Position numbers and translations under genes: made by a program. A stretch of DNA of 64,000 nucleotides from Eledone cirrhosa (Eukaryota), in assembly GCA_964016885.1 (NCBI GenBank), contig OZ024766.1:18786001-18850000 (forward strand), read 5' to 3'. Under the pieces are notes generated by a model that saw nothing but the letters and a program-made list of their open reading frames with translations, had not been told where the DNA came from and made no database searches. Below are positions 28,160-43,089 of the stretch, one piece after another (within the stretch, counting starts at the first letter, position 1; each line of letters opens with the position of its first letter).

Positions 28160-28475
28160 CACTGTAAAGTGAACGTGGAGGTGCCAGGGCAAAAAAGCAC
28201 CCAGCACTCACTGTAAAGTGGTCGTGGAGGTGCCACGGTAAAAAAGCACCCAGCACTCACTGTAAAGTGGTTGTGGAGGTGCCACAGCAAAAAAGCACTC
28301 AGCACTCACTGTAAAGTGGTCGTGGAGGTGCCACGGCAAAGAAGCACCCAGCACTCACTGTAAATGAGGTTGGTGTTAGGAAGGGCATCCAGCTGTAGAA
28401 ATCAAGCCAGAATCAGTTCCCATCCCACCCTTGCAAGCAGGGAAAAAGCGGACGTAAAATGAAAAATGATGATAT
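28160..28475 (+). mobile_element. SINE-like fragment with four tandem copies of the internal CACTGTAAAGTGG..AAAAAGCACCCAG module
   Basis: Same module as the 48-bp array, followed by GGTTGGTGTTAGGAAGGGCATCCAGCTGTAGAAA and a GATGAT tail. Confidence 0.75.
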
Positions 28476-28824
28476 ATATATAGGTTTCGAGGTTCAAATT
28501 CGTCTACAGAACAGGTTTGGATTTTGAAATTTAAATCTGTCCAGGAATCATGGCAGTTGCCAATATAAGATTGTCTTTATTGACTTATATCGAGACAGAC
28601 AAATTGTATTCACTTTAATTAGTTTATTTCATTAATAGCTGACTGTCTGTTGCAATGCAAACACGTTTTGTGTTTATCATATATTTTAATGTATTTAACT
28701 GCTCGGAAATGACCCTTTCCTGGAGCTTAATTATTGTAAAGGACTGAGAGCTTATTCTCAAAATATTATATAGTATGTATGTATATGTATGTATGGGCCC
28801 AGCACTATATGTCAATAATTGTCA

Positions 28825-29355
28825 CTGGCAACCCCACCAAGGTTTCTTGGTGAGGAGGGTGACTTTGGACATCCTGCAGGACTAAAAACAAAACCTGTCA
28901 AAGGGCAAAGGAGCTCTTAAGAGTCAATGGCCATCCAAAATAACCGGGAGAGATGACCCCTTAGCCTTTGTCAAGGCAGAATTCTAGGAGAGGGAAAACT
29001 CTGATATAACACCTGCAACCCTGATGGTATCCAATGATGTTGACTTGTTCTTCTTTTTGGTAAATATCATCTTGGTTAAGAGAGTGGGACTGGCTTTGTG
29101 CAGTGCCTTTGCTCACTATAAAAGCTTCACGGCACAGGCATTGCTTTATATCAGGAGATCTCTCTGCACTTGTCGTCACATGGTACCATGGGCCCAGCAC
29201 TATGTGTCAATAATTGTCACAGGTGTAGTGTTTGTACCAGAGTTTTCAAGTCGCTGGCTGGACTAAAAAGTCACACTCGTTCAGCGCATCGGTAGGGGTT
29301 CTCCTACATGTATATAAAGTAGTGGCCGTACTCGAAAACGAGTTGGCAGCCACCA
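28825..29355 (-). mobile_element. Dispersed repeat, copy 2
   Basis: Near-identical to 58352-58882 and inverted relative to 16948-17359. Confidence 0.9.
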
Positions 29356-29376
29356 TATATATATATCTATGTCTAG

Positions 29377-29547
<171 letters not shown>

Positions 29548-29684
29548 TGAAAACTACAGCCTACATATCTCCCTCGGATCACACATACCTGCATTTAAAC
29601 CGGTTGAATCCAGCCAGAGTTCTCTCACCTCTTTCTGTTTACCTCTTTAGTATTTACATTACTCTATATATACTATTGTATTTT

Positions 29685-32600
29685 GTCTGATGGCCACTAA
29701 TACTAACTACTGTACTGTACATTAGATAATGTAGTCCTAGATACACTATGTCTGATAGCCACTCATACTAACTACTGTACTGTACATTAGATAATGTAGT
29801 CCTAGATACACTATGTCTGATAGCCACTAATACTAACTACTGTACTGTACATTAGATAATGTAGTCCTAGATACACTATGTCTGATAGCCACTCATACTA
29901 ACTACTGTACTGTACATTAGATAATGTAGTCCTAGATACACTATGTCTGATAGCCACTAATACTAACTACTGTACTGTACATTAGATAATGTAGTCCTAG
30001 ATACACTATGTCTGATAGCCACTCATACTAACTACTGTACTGTACATTAGATAATGTAGTCCTAGATACACTATGTCTGATAGCCACTAATACTAACTAC
30101 TGTACTGTACATTAGATAATGTAGTCCTAGATACACTATGTCTGATAGCCACTAATACTAACTACTGTACTGTACATTAGATAATGTAGTCCTAGATATA
30201 CTATGTCTGATAGCCACTAATACTAACTACTGTACTGTACATTAGATAATGTAGTCCTAGATACACTATGTCTGATAGCCACTAATACTAACTACTGTAC
30301 TGTACATTAGATAATGTAGTCCTAGATACACTATGTCTGATAGCCACTAATACTAACTACTGTACTGTACATTAGATAATGTAGTCCTAGGTATACTATG
30401 TCTGATAGCCACTAATACTAACTACTGTACTGTACATTAGATAATGTAGTCCTAGATACACTATGTCTGATAGCCACTCATACTAACTACTGTACTGTAC
30501 ATTAGATAATGTAGTCCTAGATACACTATGTCTGATAGCCACTAATACTAACTACTGTACTGTACATTAGATAATGTAGTCCTAGATATACTATGTCTGA
30601 TAGCCACTAATACTAACTACTGTACTGTACATTAGATAATGTAGTCCTAGATATACTATGTCTGATAGCCACTAATACTAACTACTGTACTGTACATTAG
30701 ATAATGTAGTCCTAGATATACTATGTCTGATAGCCACTAATACTAACTACTGTACTGTACATTAGATAATGTAGTCCTAGATATACTATGTCTGATAGCC
30801 ACTAATACTAACTACTGTACATTAGATAATGTAGTCCTAGATATACTATGTCTGATAGCCACTAATACTAACTACTGTACATTACATTAGATAATGTAGT
30901 CCTAGATATACTATGTCTGATAGCCACCAATACTAACTACTGTACTGTACATTAGATAATGTAGTCCTAGATACACTATGTCTGATAGCCACTAATACTA
31001 ACTACTGTACTGTACATTAGATAATGTAGTCCTAGATACACTATGTCTGATAGCCACTCATACTAACTACTGTACTGTACATTAGATAATGTAGTCCTAG
31101 ATACACTATGTCTGATAGCCACTAATACTAACTACTGTACTGTACATTAGATAATGTAGTCCTAGATACACTATGTCTGATAGCCACTCATACTAACTAC
31201 TGTACTGTACATTAGATAATGTAGTCCTAGATACACTATGTCTGATAGCCACTAATACTAACTACTGTACTGTACATTAGATAATGTAGTCCTAGATACA
31301 CTATGTCTGATAGCCACTAATACTAACTACTGTACTGTACATTAGATAATGTAGTCCTAGATATACTATGTCTGATAGCCACTAATACTAACTACTGTAC
31401 TGTACATTAGATAATGTAGTCCTAGATACACTATGTCTGATAGCCACTAATACTAACTACTGTACTGTACATTAGATAATGTAGTCCTAGATACACTATG
31501 TCTGATAGCCACTAATACTAACTACTGTACTGTACATTAGATAATGTAGTCCTAGGTATACTATGTCTGATAGCCACTAATACTAACTACTGTACTGTAC
31601 ATTAGATAATGTAGTCCTAGATACACTATGTCTGATAGCCACTCATACTAACTACTGTACTGTACATTAGATAATGTAGTCCTAGATACACTATGTCTGA
31701 TAGCCACTAATACTAACTACTGTACTGTACATTAGATAATGTAGTCCTAGATATACTATGTCTGATAGCCACTAATACTAACTACTGTACTGTACATTAG
31801 ATAATGTAGTCCTAGATATACTATGTCTGATAGCCACTAATACTAACTACTGTACTGTACATTAGATAATGTAGTCCTAGATATACTATGTCTGATAGCC
31901 ACTAATACTAACTACTGTACTGTACATTAGATAATGTAGTCCTAGATATACTATGTCTGATAGCCACTAATACTAACTACTGTACATTAGATAATGTAGT
32001 CCTAGATATACTATGTCTGATAGCCACTAATACTAACTACTGTACATTACATTAGATAATGTAGTCCTAGATATACTATGTCTGATAGCCACCAATACTA
32101 ACTACTGTACTGTACATTAGATAATGTAGTCCTAGATACACTATGTCTGATAGCCACTAATACTAACTACTGTACTGTACATTAGATAATGTAGTCCTAG
32201 ATACACTATGTCTGATAGCCACTAATACTAACTACTGTACTGTACATTAGATTATGTAGTCCTAGATACACTATGTCTGATAGCCACTAATACTAACTAC
32301 TGTACTGTACATTAGATAATGTAGTCCTAGATATACTATGTCTGATAGCCACTAATACTAACTACTGTACTGTACATTAGATAATGTAGTCCTAGATATA
32401 CTATGTCTGATAGCCACTAATACTAACTACTGTACTGTACATTAGATAATGTAGTCCTAGATACACTATGTCTGATAGCCACTGATACTAACTACTGTAC
32501 TGTACATTAGATAATGTAGTCCTAGATATACTATGTCTGATAGCCACTAATACTAACTACTGTACTGTACATTAGATAATGTAGTCCTAGATATACTATG

Positions 32601-35600
32601 TCTGATAGCCACTAATACTAACTGCTGTACTGTACATTAGATAATGTAGTCCTAGATACACTATGTCTGATAGCCACTAATACTAACTACTGTACTGTAC
32701 AGTAGATAATGTAGTCCTAGATACACTATCTCTGATAGCCACTAATACTAACTACTGTACTGTACATTAGATAATGTAGTCCTAGATATACTATGCCTGA
32801 TAGCCACTAATACTAACTGCTGTACTGTACATTAGATAATGTAGTCCTAGATACACTATGTCTGATAGCCACTAATACTAACTACTGTACTGTACAGTAG
32901 ATAATGTAGTCCTAGATACACTATGTCTGATAGCCACTAATACTAACTACTGTACTGTACTGTACATTAGATAATGTAGTCCTAGGTACACTATGTCTGA
33001 TAGCCACTAATACTAACTACTGTACTGTACATTAGATAATGTAGTCCTAGATACACTATGTCTGATAGCCACTAATACTAACTACTGTACTGTACATTAG
33101 ATAATGTAGTCCTAGATACACTATGTCTGATAGCCACTAATACTAACTACTGTACTGTACATTAGATAATGTAGTCCTAGATACACTATGTCTGATAGCC
33201 ACTAATACTAACTACTGTACTGTACATTATATAATGTAGTCCTAGATACACTATGTCTGATAGCCACTAATACTAACTACTGTACTGTACATTAGATAAT
33301 GTAGTCCTAGGTACACTATGTCTGATAGCCACTAATACTAACTACTGTACTGTACATTAGATAATGTAGTCCTAGATACACTATGTCTGATAGCCACTGA
33401 TACTAACTACTATACTGTACATTAGATAATGTAGTCCTAGATATACTATGTCTGATAGCCACTAATACTAACTACTGTACTGTACATTAGATAATGTAGT
33501 CCTAGATACACTATGTCTGATAGCCACTGATACTAACTACTATACTGTACATTAGATAATGTAGTCCTAGATATACTATGTCTGATAGCCACTAATACTA
33601 ACTACTGTACTGTACATTAGATAATGTAGTCCTAGATACACTATGTCTGATAGCCACTAATACTAACTACTGTACTGTACATTAGATAATGTAGTCCTAG
33701 ATACACTATGTCTGATAGCCACTCATACTAACTACTGTACTGTACATTAGATAATGTAGTCCTAGATACACTATGTCTGATAGCCACTAATACTAACTAC
33801 TGTACTGTACATTAGATAATGTAGTCCTAGATACACTATGTCTGATAGCCACTCATACTAACTACTGTACTGTACATTAGATAATGTAGTCCTAGATACA
33901 CTATGTCTGATAGCCACTAATACTAACTACTGTACTGTACATTAGATAATGTAGTCCTAGATACACTATGTCTGATAGCCACTAATACTAACTACTGTAC
34001 TGTACATTAGATAATGTAGTCCTAGATACACTATGTCTGATAGCCACTAATACTAACTACTGTACTGTACATTAGATAATGTAGTCCTAGATATACTATG
34101 TCTGATAGCCACTAATACTAACTACTGTACTGTACATTAGATAATGTAGTCCTAGATACACTATGTCTGATAGCCACTAATACTAACTACTGTACTGTAC
34201 ATTAGATAATGTAGTCCTAGATACACTATGTCTGATAGCCACTAATACTAACTACTGTACTGTACATTAGATAATGTAGTCCTAGGTATACTATGTCTGA
34301 TAGCCACTAATACTAACTACTGTACTGTACATTAGATAATGTAGTCCTAGATACACTATGTCTGATAGCCACTCATACTAACTACTGTACTGTACATTAG
34401 ATAATGTAGTCCTAGATACACTATGTCTGATAGCCACTAATACTAACTACTGTACTGTACATTAGATAATGTAGTCCTAGATATACTATGTCTGATAGCC
34501 ACTAATACTAACTACTGTACTGTACATTAGATAATGTAGTCCTAGATATACTATGTCTGATAGCCACTAATACTAACTACTGTACTGTACATTAGATAAT
34601 GTAGTCCTAGATATACTATGTCTGATAGCCACTAATACTAACTACTGTACTGTACATTAGATAATGTAGTCCTAGATATACTATGTCTGATAGCCACTAA
34701 TACTAACTACTGTACATTAGATAATGTAGTCCTAGATATACTATGTCTGATAGCCACTAATACTAACTACTGTACATTACATTAGATAATGTAGTCCTAG
34801 ATATACTATGTCTGATAGCCACCAATACTAACTACTGTACTGTACATTAGATAATGTAGTCCTAGATACACTATGTCTGATAGCCACTAATACTAACTAC
34901 TGTACTGTACATTAGATAATGTAGTCCTAGATACACTATGTCTGATAGCCACTCATACTAACTACTGTACTGTACATTAGATAATGTAGTCCTAGATACA
35001 CTATGTCTGATAGCCACTAATACTAACTACTGTACTGTACATTAGATAATGTAGTCCTAGATACACTATGTCTGATAGCCACTCATACTAACTACTGTAC
35101 TGTACATTAGATAATGTAGTCCTAGATACACTATGTCTGATAGCCACTAATACTAACTACTGTACTGTACATTAGATAATGTAGTCCTAGATACACTATG
35201 TCTGATAGCCACTAATACTAACTACTGTACTGTACATTAGATAATGTAGTCCTAGATATACTATGTCTGATAGCCACTAATACTAACTACTGTACTGTAC
35301 ATTAGATAATGTAGTCCTAGATACACTATGTCTGATAGCCACTAATACTAACTACTGTACTGTACATTAGATAATGTAGTCCTAGATACACTATGTCTGA
35401 TAGCCACTAATACTAACTACTGTACTGTACATTAGATAATGTAGTCCTAGGTATACTATGTCTGATAGCCACTAATACTAACTACTGTACTGTACATTAG
35501 ATAATGTAGTCCTAGATACACTATGTCTGATAGCCACTCATACTAACTACTGTACTGTACATTAGATAATGTAGTCCTAGATACACTATGTCTGATAGCC

Positions 35601-38600
35601 ACTAATACTAACTACTGTACTGTACATTAGATAATGTAGTCCTAGATATACTATGTCTGATAGCCACTAATACTAACTACTGTACTGTACATTAGATAAT
35701 GTAGTCCTAGATATACTATGTCTGATAGCCACTAATACTAACTACTGTACTGTACATTAGATAATGTAGTCCTAGATATACTATGTCTGATAGCCACTAA
35801 TACTAACTACTGTACTGTACATTAGATAATGTAGTCCTAGATATACTATGTCTGATAGCCACTAATACTAACTACTGTACATTAGATAATGTAGTCCTAG
35901 ATATACTATGTCTGATAGCCACTAATACTAACTACTGTACATTACATTAGATAATGTAGTCCTAGATATACTATGTCTGATAGCCACCAATACTAACTAC
36001 TGTACTGTACATTAGATAATGTAGTCCTAGATACACTATGTCTGATAGCCACTAATACTAACTACTGTACTGTACATTAGATAATGTAGTCCTAGATACA
36101 CTATGTCTGATAGCCACTAATACTAACTACTGTACTGTACATTAGATTATGTAGTCCTAGATACACTATGTCTGATAGCCACTAATACTAACTACTGTAC
36201 TGTACATTAGATAATGTAGTCCTAGATATACTATGTCTGATAGCCACTAATACTAACTACTGTACTGTACATTAGATAATGTAGTCCTAGATATACTATG
36301 TCTGATAGCCACTAATACTAACTACTGTACTGTACATTAGATAATGTAGTCCTAGATACACTATGTCTGATAGCCACTGATACTAACTACTGTACTGTAC
36401 ATTAGATAATGTAGTCCTAGATATACTATGTCTGATAGCCACTAATACTAACTACTGTACTGTACATTAGATAATGTAGTCCTAGATATACTATGTCTGA
36501 TAGCCACTAATACTAACTGCTGTACTGTACATTAGATAATGTAGTCCTAGATACACTATGTCTGATAGCCACTAATACTAACTACTGTACTGTACAGTAG
36601 ATAATGTAGTCCTAGATACACTATCTCTGATAGCCACTAATACTAACTACTGTACTGTACATTAGATAATGTAGTCCTAGATATACTATGCCTGATAGCC
36701 ACTAATACTAACTGCTGTACTGTACATTAGATAATGTAGTCCTAGATACACTATGTCTGATAGCCACTAATACTAACTACTGTACTGTACAGTAGATAAT
36801 GTAGTCCTAGATACACTATGTCTGATAGCCACTAATACTAACTACTGTACTGTACTGTACATTAGATAATGTAGTCCTAGGTACACTATGTCTGATAGCC
36901 ACTAATACTAACTACTGTACTGTACATTAGATAATGTAGTCCTAGATACACTATGTCTGATAGCCACTAATACTAACTACTGTACTGTACATTAGATAAT
37001 GTAGTCCTAGATACACTATGTCTGATAGCCACTAATACTAACTACTGTACTGTACATTAGATAATGTAGTCCTAGATACACTATGTCTGATAGCCACTAA
37101 TACTAACTACTGTACTGTACATTATATAATGTAGTCCTAGATACACTATGTCTGATAGCCACTAATACTAACTACTGTACTGTACATTAGATAATGTAGT
37201 CCTAGGTACACTATGTCTGATAGCCACTAATACTAACTACTGTACTGTACATTAGATAATGTAGTCCTAGATACACTATGTCTGATAGCCACTGATACTA
37301 ACTACTATACTGTACATTAGATAATGTAGTCCTAGATATACTATGTCTGATAGCCACTAATACTAACTACTGTACTGTACATTAGATAATGTAGTCCTAG
37401 ATACACTATGTCTGATAGCCACTGATACTAACTACTATACTGTACATTAGATAATGTAGTCCTAGATATACTATGTCTGATAGCCACTAATACTAACTAC
37501 TGTACTGTACATTAGATAATGTAGTCCTAGATACACTATGTCTGATAGCCACTAATACTAACTACTGTACTGTACATTAGATAATGTAGTCCTAGATACA
37601 CTATGTCTGATAGCCACTCATACTAACTACTGTACTGTACATTAGATAATGTAGTCCTAGATACACTATGTCTGATAGCCACTAATACTAACTACTGTAC
37701 TGTACATTAGATAATGTAGTCCTAGATACACTATGTCTGATAGCCACTCATACTAACTACTGTACTGTACATTAGATAATGTAGTCCTAGATACACTATG
37801 TCTGATAGCCACTAATACTAACTACTGTACTGTACATTAGATAATGTAGTCCTAGATACACTATGTCTGATAGCCACTAATACTAACTACTGTACTGTAC
37901 ATTAGATAATGTAGTCCTAGATATACTATGTCTGATAGCCACTAATACTAACTACTGTACTGTACATTAGATAATGTAGTCCTAGATACACTATGTCTGA
38001 TAGCCACTAATACTAACTACTGTACTGTACATTAGATAATGTAGTCCTAGATACACTATGTCTGATAGCCACTAATACTAACTACTGTACTGTACATTAG
38101 ATAATGTAGTCCTAGGTATACTATGTCTGATAGCCACTAATACTAACTACTGTACTGTACATTAGATAATGTAGTCCTAGATACACTATGTCTGATAGCC
38201 ACTCATACTAACTACTGTACTGTACATTAGATAATGTAGTCCTAGATACACTATGTCTGATAGCCACTAATACTAACTACTGTACTGTACATTAGATAAT
38301 GTAGTCCTAGATATACTATGTCTGATAGCCACTAATACTAACTACTGTACTGTACATTAGATAATGTAGTCCTAGATATACTATGTCTGATAGCCACTAA
38401 TACTAACTACTGTACTGTACATTAGATAATGTAGTCCTAGATATACTATGTCTGATAGCCACTAATACTAACTACTGTACTGTACATTAGATAATGTAGT
38501 CCTAGATATACTATGTCTGATAGCCACTAATACTAACTACTGTACATTAGATAATGTAGTCCTAGATATACTATGTCTGATAGCCACTAATACTAACTAC

Positions 38601-41600
38601 TGTACATTACATTAGATAATGTAGTCCTAGATATACTATGTCTGATAGCCACCAATACTAACTACTGTACTGTACATTAGATAATGTAGTCCTAGATACA
38701 CTATGTCTGATAGCCACTAATACTAACTACTGTACTGTACATTAGATAATGTAGTCCTAGATACACTATGTCTGATAGCCACTAATACTAACTACTGTAC
38801 TGTACATTAGATTATGTAGTCCTAGATACACTATGTCTGATAGCCACTAATACTAACTACTGTACTGTACATTAGATAATGTAGTCCTAGATATACTATG
38901 TCTGATAGCCACTAATACTAACTACTGTACTGTACATTAGATAATGTAGTCCTAGATATACTATGTCTGATAGCCACTAATACTAACTACTGTACTGTAC
39001 ATTAGATAATGTAGTCCTAGATACACTATGTCTGATAGCCACTGATACTAACTACTGTACTGTACATTAGATAATGTAGTCCTAGATATACTATGTCTGA
39101 TAGCCACTAATACTAACTACTGTACTGTACATTAGATAATGTAGTCCTAGATATACTATGTCTGATAGCCACTAATACTAACTGCTGTACTGTACATTAG
39201 ATAATGTAGTCCTAGATACACTATGTCTGATAGCCACTAATACTAACTACTGTACTGTACAGTAGATAATGTAGTCCTAGATACACTATCTCTGATAGCC
39301 ACTAATACTAACTACTGTACTGTACATTAGATAATGTAGTCCTAGATATACTATGCCTGATAGCCACTAATACTAACTGCTGTACTGTACATTAGATAAT
39401 GTAGTCCTAGATACACTATGTCTGATAGCCACTAATACTAACTACTGTACTGTACAGTAGATAATGTAGTCCTAGATACACTATGTCTGATAGCCACTAA
39501 TACTAACTACTGTACTGTACTGTACATTAGATAATGTAGTCCTAGGTACACTATGTCTGATAGCCACTAATACTAACTACTGTACTGTACATTAGATAAT
39601 GTAGTCCTAGATACACTATGTCTGATAGCCACTAATACTAACTACTGTACTGTACATTAGATAATGTAGTCCTAGATACACTATGTCTGATAGCCACTAA
39701 TACTAACTACTGTACTGTACATTAGATAATGTAGTCCTAGATACACTATGTCTGATAGCCACTAATACTAACTACTGTACTGTACATTATATAATGTAGT
39801 CCTAGATACACTATGTCTGATAGCCACTAATACTAACTACTGTACTGTACATTAGATAATGTAGTCCTAGGTACACTATGTCTGATAGCCACTAATACTA
39901 ACTACTGTACTGTACATTAGATAATGTAGTCCTAGATACACTATGTCTGATAGCCACTGATACTAACTACTATACTGTACATTAGATAATGTAGTCCTAG
40001 ATATACTATGTCTGATAGCCACTAATACTAACTACTGTACTGTACATTAGATAATGTAGTCCTAGATACACTATGTCTGATAGCCACTGATACTAACTAC
40101 TATACTGTACATTAGATAATGTAGTCCTAGATATACTATGTCTGATAGCCACTAATACTAACTACTGTACTGTACATTAGATAATGTAGTCCTAGATACA
40201 CTATGTCTGATAGCCACTAATACTAACTACTGTACTGTACATTAGATAATGTAGTCCTAGATACACTATGTCTGATAGCCACTAATACTAACTACTGTAC
40301 TGTACATTAGATTATGTAGTCCTAGATACACTATGTCTGATAGCCACTAATACTAACTACTGTACTGTACATTAGATAATGTAGTCCTAGATATACTATG
40401 TCTGATAGCCACTAATACTAACTACTGTACTGTACATTAGATAATGTAGTCCTAGATATACTATGTCTGATAGCCACTAATACTAACTACTGTACTGTAC
40501 ATTAGATAATGTAGTCCTAGATACACTATGTCTGATAGCCACTGATACTAACTACTGTACTGTACATTAGATAATGTAGTCCTAGATATACTATGTCTGA
40601 TAGCCACTAATACTAACTACTGTACTGTACATTAGATAATGTAGTCCTAGATATACTATGTCTGATAGCCACTAATACTAACTGCTGTACTGTACATTAG
40701 ATAATGTAGTCCTAGATACACTATGTCTGATAGCCACTAATACTAACTACTGTACTGTACAGTAGATAATGTAGTCCTAGATACACTATCTCTGATAGCC
40801 ACTAATACTAACTACTGTACTGTACATTAGATAATGTAGTCCTAGATATACTATGCCTGATAGCCACTAATACTAACTGCTGTACTGTACATTAGATAAT
40901 GTAGTCCTAGATACACTATGTCTGATAGCCACTAATACTAACTACTGTACTGTACAGTAGATAATGTAGTCCTAGATACACTATGTCTGATAGCCACTAA
41001 TACTAACTACTGTACTGTACTGTACATTAGATAATGTAGTCCTAGGTACACTATGTCTGATAGCCACTAATACTAACTACTGTACTGTACATTAGATAAT
41101 GTAGTCCTAGATACACTATGTCTGATAGCCACTAATACTAACTACTGTACTGTACATTAGATAATGTAGTCCTAGATACACTATGTCTGATAGCCACTAA
41201 TACTAACTACTGTACTGTACATTAGATAATGTAGTCCTAGATACACTATGTCTGATAGCCACTAATACTAACTACTGTACTGTACATTATATAATGTAGT
41301 CCTAGATACACTATGTCTGATAGCCACTAATACTAACTACTGTACTGTACATTAGATAATGTAGTCCTAGGTACACTATGTCTGATAGCCACTAATACTA
41401 ACTACTGTACTGTACATTAGATAATGTAGTCCTAGATACACTATGTCTGATAGCCACTGATACTAACTACTATACTGTACATTAGATAATGTAGTCCTAG
41501 ATATACTATGTCTGATAGCCACTAATACTAACTACTGTACTGTACATTAGATAATGTAGTCCTAGATACACTATGTCTGATAGCCACTGATACTAACTAC

Positions 41601-42752
41601 TATACTGTACATTAGATAATGTAGTCCTAGATATACTATGTCTGATAGCCACTAATACTAACTACTGTACTGTACATTAGATAATGTAGTCCTAGATACA
41701 CTATGTCTGATAGCCACTAATACTAACTACTGTACTGTACATTAGATAATGTAGTCCTAGATACACTATGTCTGATAGCCACTAATACTAACTACTGTAC
41801 TGTACATTAGATTATGTAGTCCTAGATACACTATGTCTGATAGCCACTAATACTAACTACTGTACTGTACATTAGATAATGTAGTCCTAGATATACTATG
41901 TCTGATAGCCACTAATACTAACTACTGTACTGTACATTAGATAATGTAGTCCTAGATATACTATGTCTGATAGCCACTAATACTAACTACTGTACTGTAC
42001 ATTAGATAATGTAGTCCTAGATACACTATGTCTGATAGCCACTGATACTAACTACTGTACTGTACATTAGATAATGTAGTCCTAGATATACTATGTCTGA
42101 TAGCCACTAATACTAACTACTGTACTGTACATTAGATAATGTAGTCCTAGATATACTATGTCTGATAGCCACTAATACTAACTGCTGTACTGTACATTAG
42201 ATAATGTAGTCCTAGATACACTATGTCTGATAGCCACTAATACTAACTACTGTACTGTACAGTAGATAATGTAGTCCTAGATACACTATCTCTGATAGCC
42301 ACTAATACTAACTACTGTACTGTACATTAGATAATGTAGTCCTAGATATACTATGCCTGATAGCCACTAATACTAACTGCTGTACTGTACATTAGATAAT
42401 GTAGTCCTAGATACACTATGTCTGATAGCCACTAATACTAACTACTGTACTGTACAGTAGATAATGTAGTCCTAGATACACTATGTCTGATAGCCACTAA
42501 TACTAACTACTGTACTGTACTGTACATTAGATAATGTAGTCCTAGGTACACTATGTCTGATAGCCACTAATACTAACTACTGTACTGTACATTAGATAAT
42601 GTAGTCCTAGATATACTATGTCTGATAGCCACTAATACTAACTACTGTACTGTACTGTACATTAGATAATGTAGTCCTAGGTACACTATGTCTGATAGCC
42701 ACTAATACTAACTACTGTACTGTACATTAGATAATGTAGTCCTAGATACACT
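29685..42752 (-). repeat. 65-bp satellite, about 200 units, with higher-order structure; fills a 13.3-kb intron
   Basis: Unit CTATGTCTGATAGCCACTAATACTAACTACTGTACTGTACATTAGATAATGTAGTCCTAGATACA; variant markers recur at 1165-bp and 1500-bp spacings. Confidence 0.98.
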
Positions 42753-42859
42753 GTACGCTATGTCTGACTATAAGTGGTGATGGTCATATTGAGAGAGAGC
42801 AGCCTTGCTCAGGACTCACCCAGGGCTAAACAACCCCTTTTTCTTCGTCTCTATTTCAG

Positions 42860-43022
42860 CTGAGAGAACTGGAAGACAAACAGAAAATTCAACATCTTCT
42901 CACTCTGGGGCCATGTCCAGGTAGCCAAGAGGTGACCTACTTCCATAAGGAGCCACCAGCGATGGCAATCACCGAGCAGAAGTATTCCAAGAATGTTGAG
43001 AATGTCGCGGCTATTAGTTCAG
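42860..43022 (+). CDS. CCDC77: CCDC77 coding exon 4
   Basis: Acceptor CTCTATTTCAG; encodes LRELEDKQKIQHLLTLGPCPGSQEVTYFHKEPPAMAITEQKYSKNVENVAAISS; donor G|GTAGAA (phase 1). Confidence 0.93.
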
Positions 43023-43089
43023 GTAGAACAGGTTGGTGTCTTCACACGTCTCTCGGAATATATATCAATGTATGTGGTAGATTTTCTGA

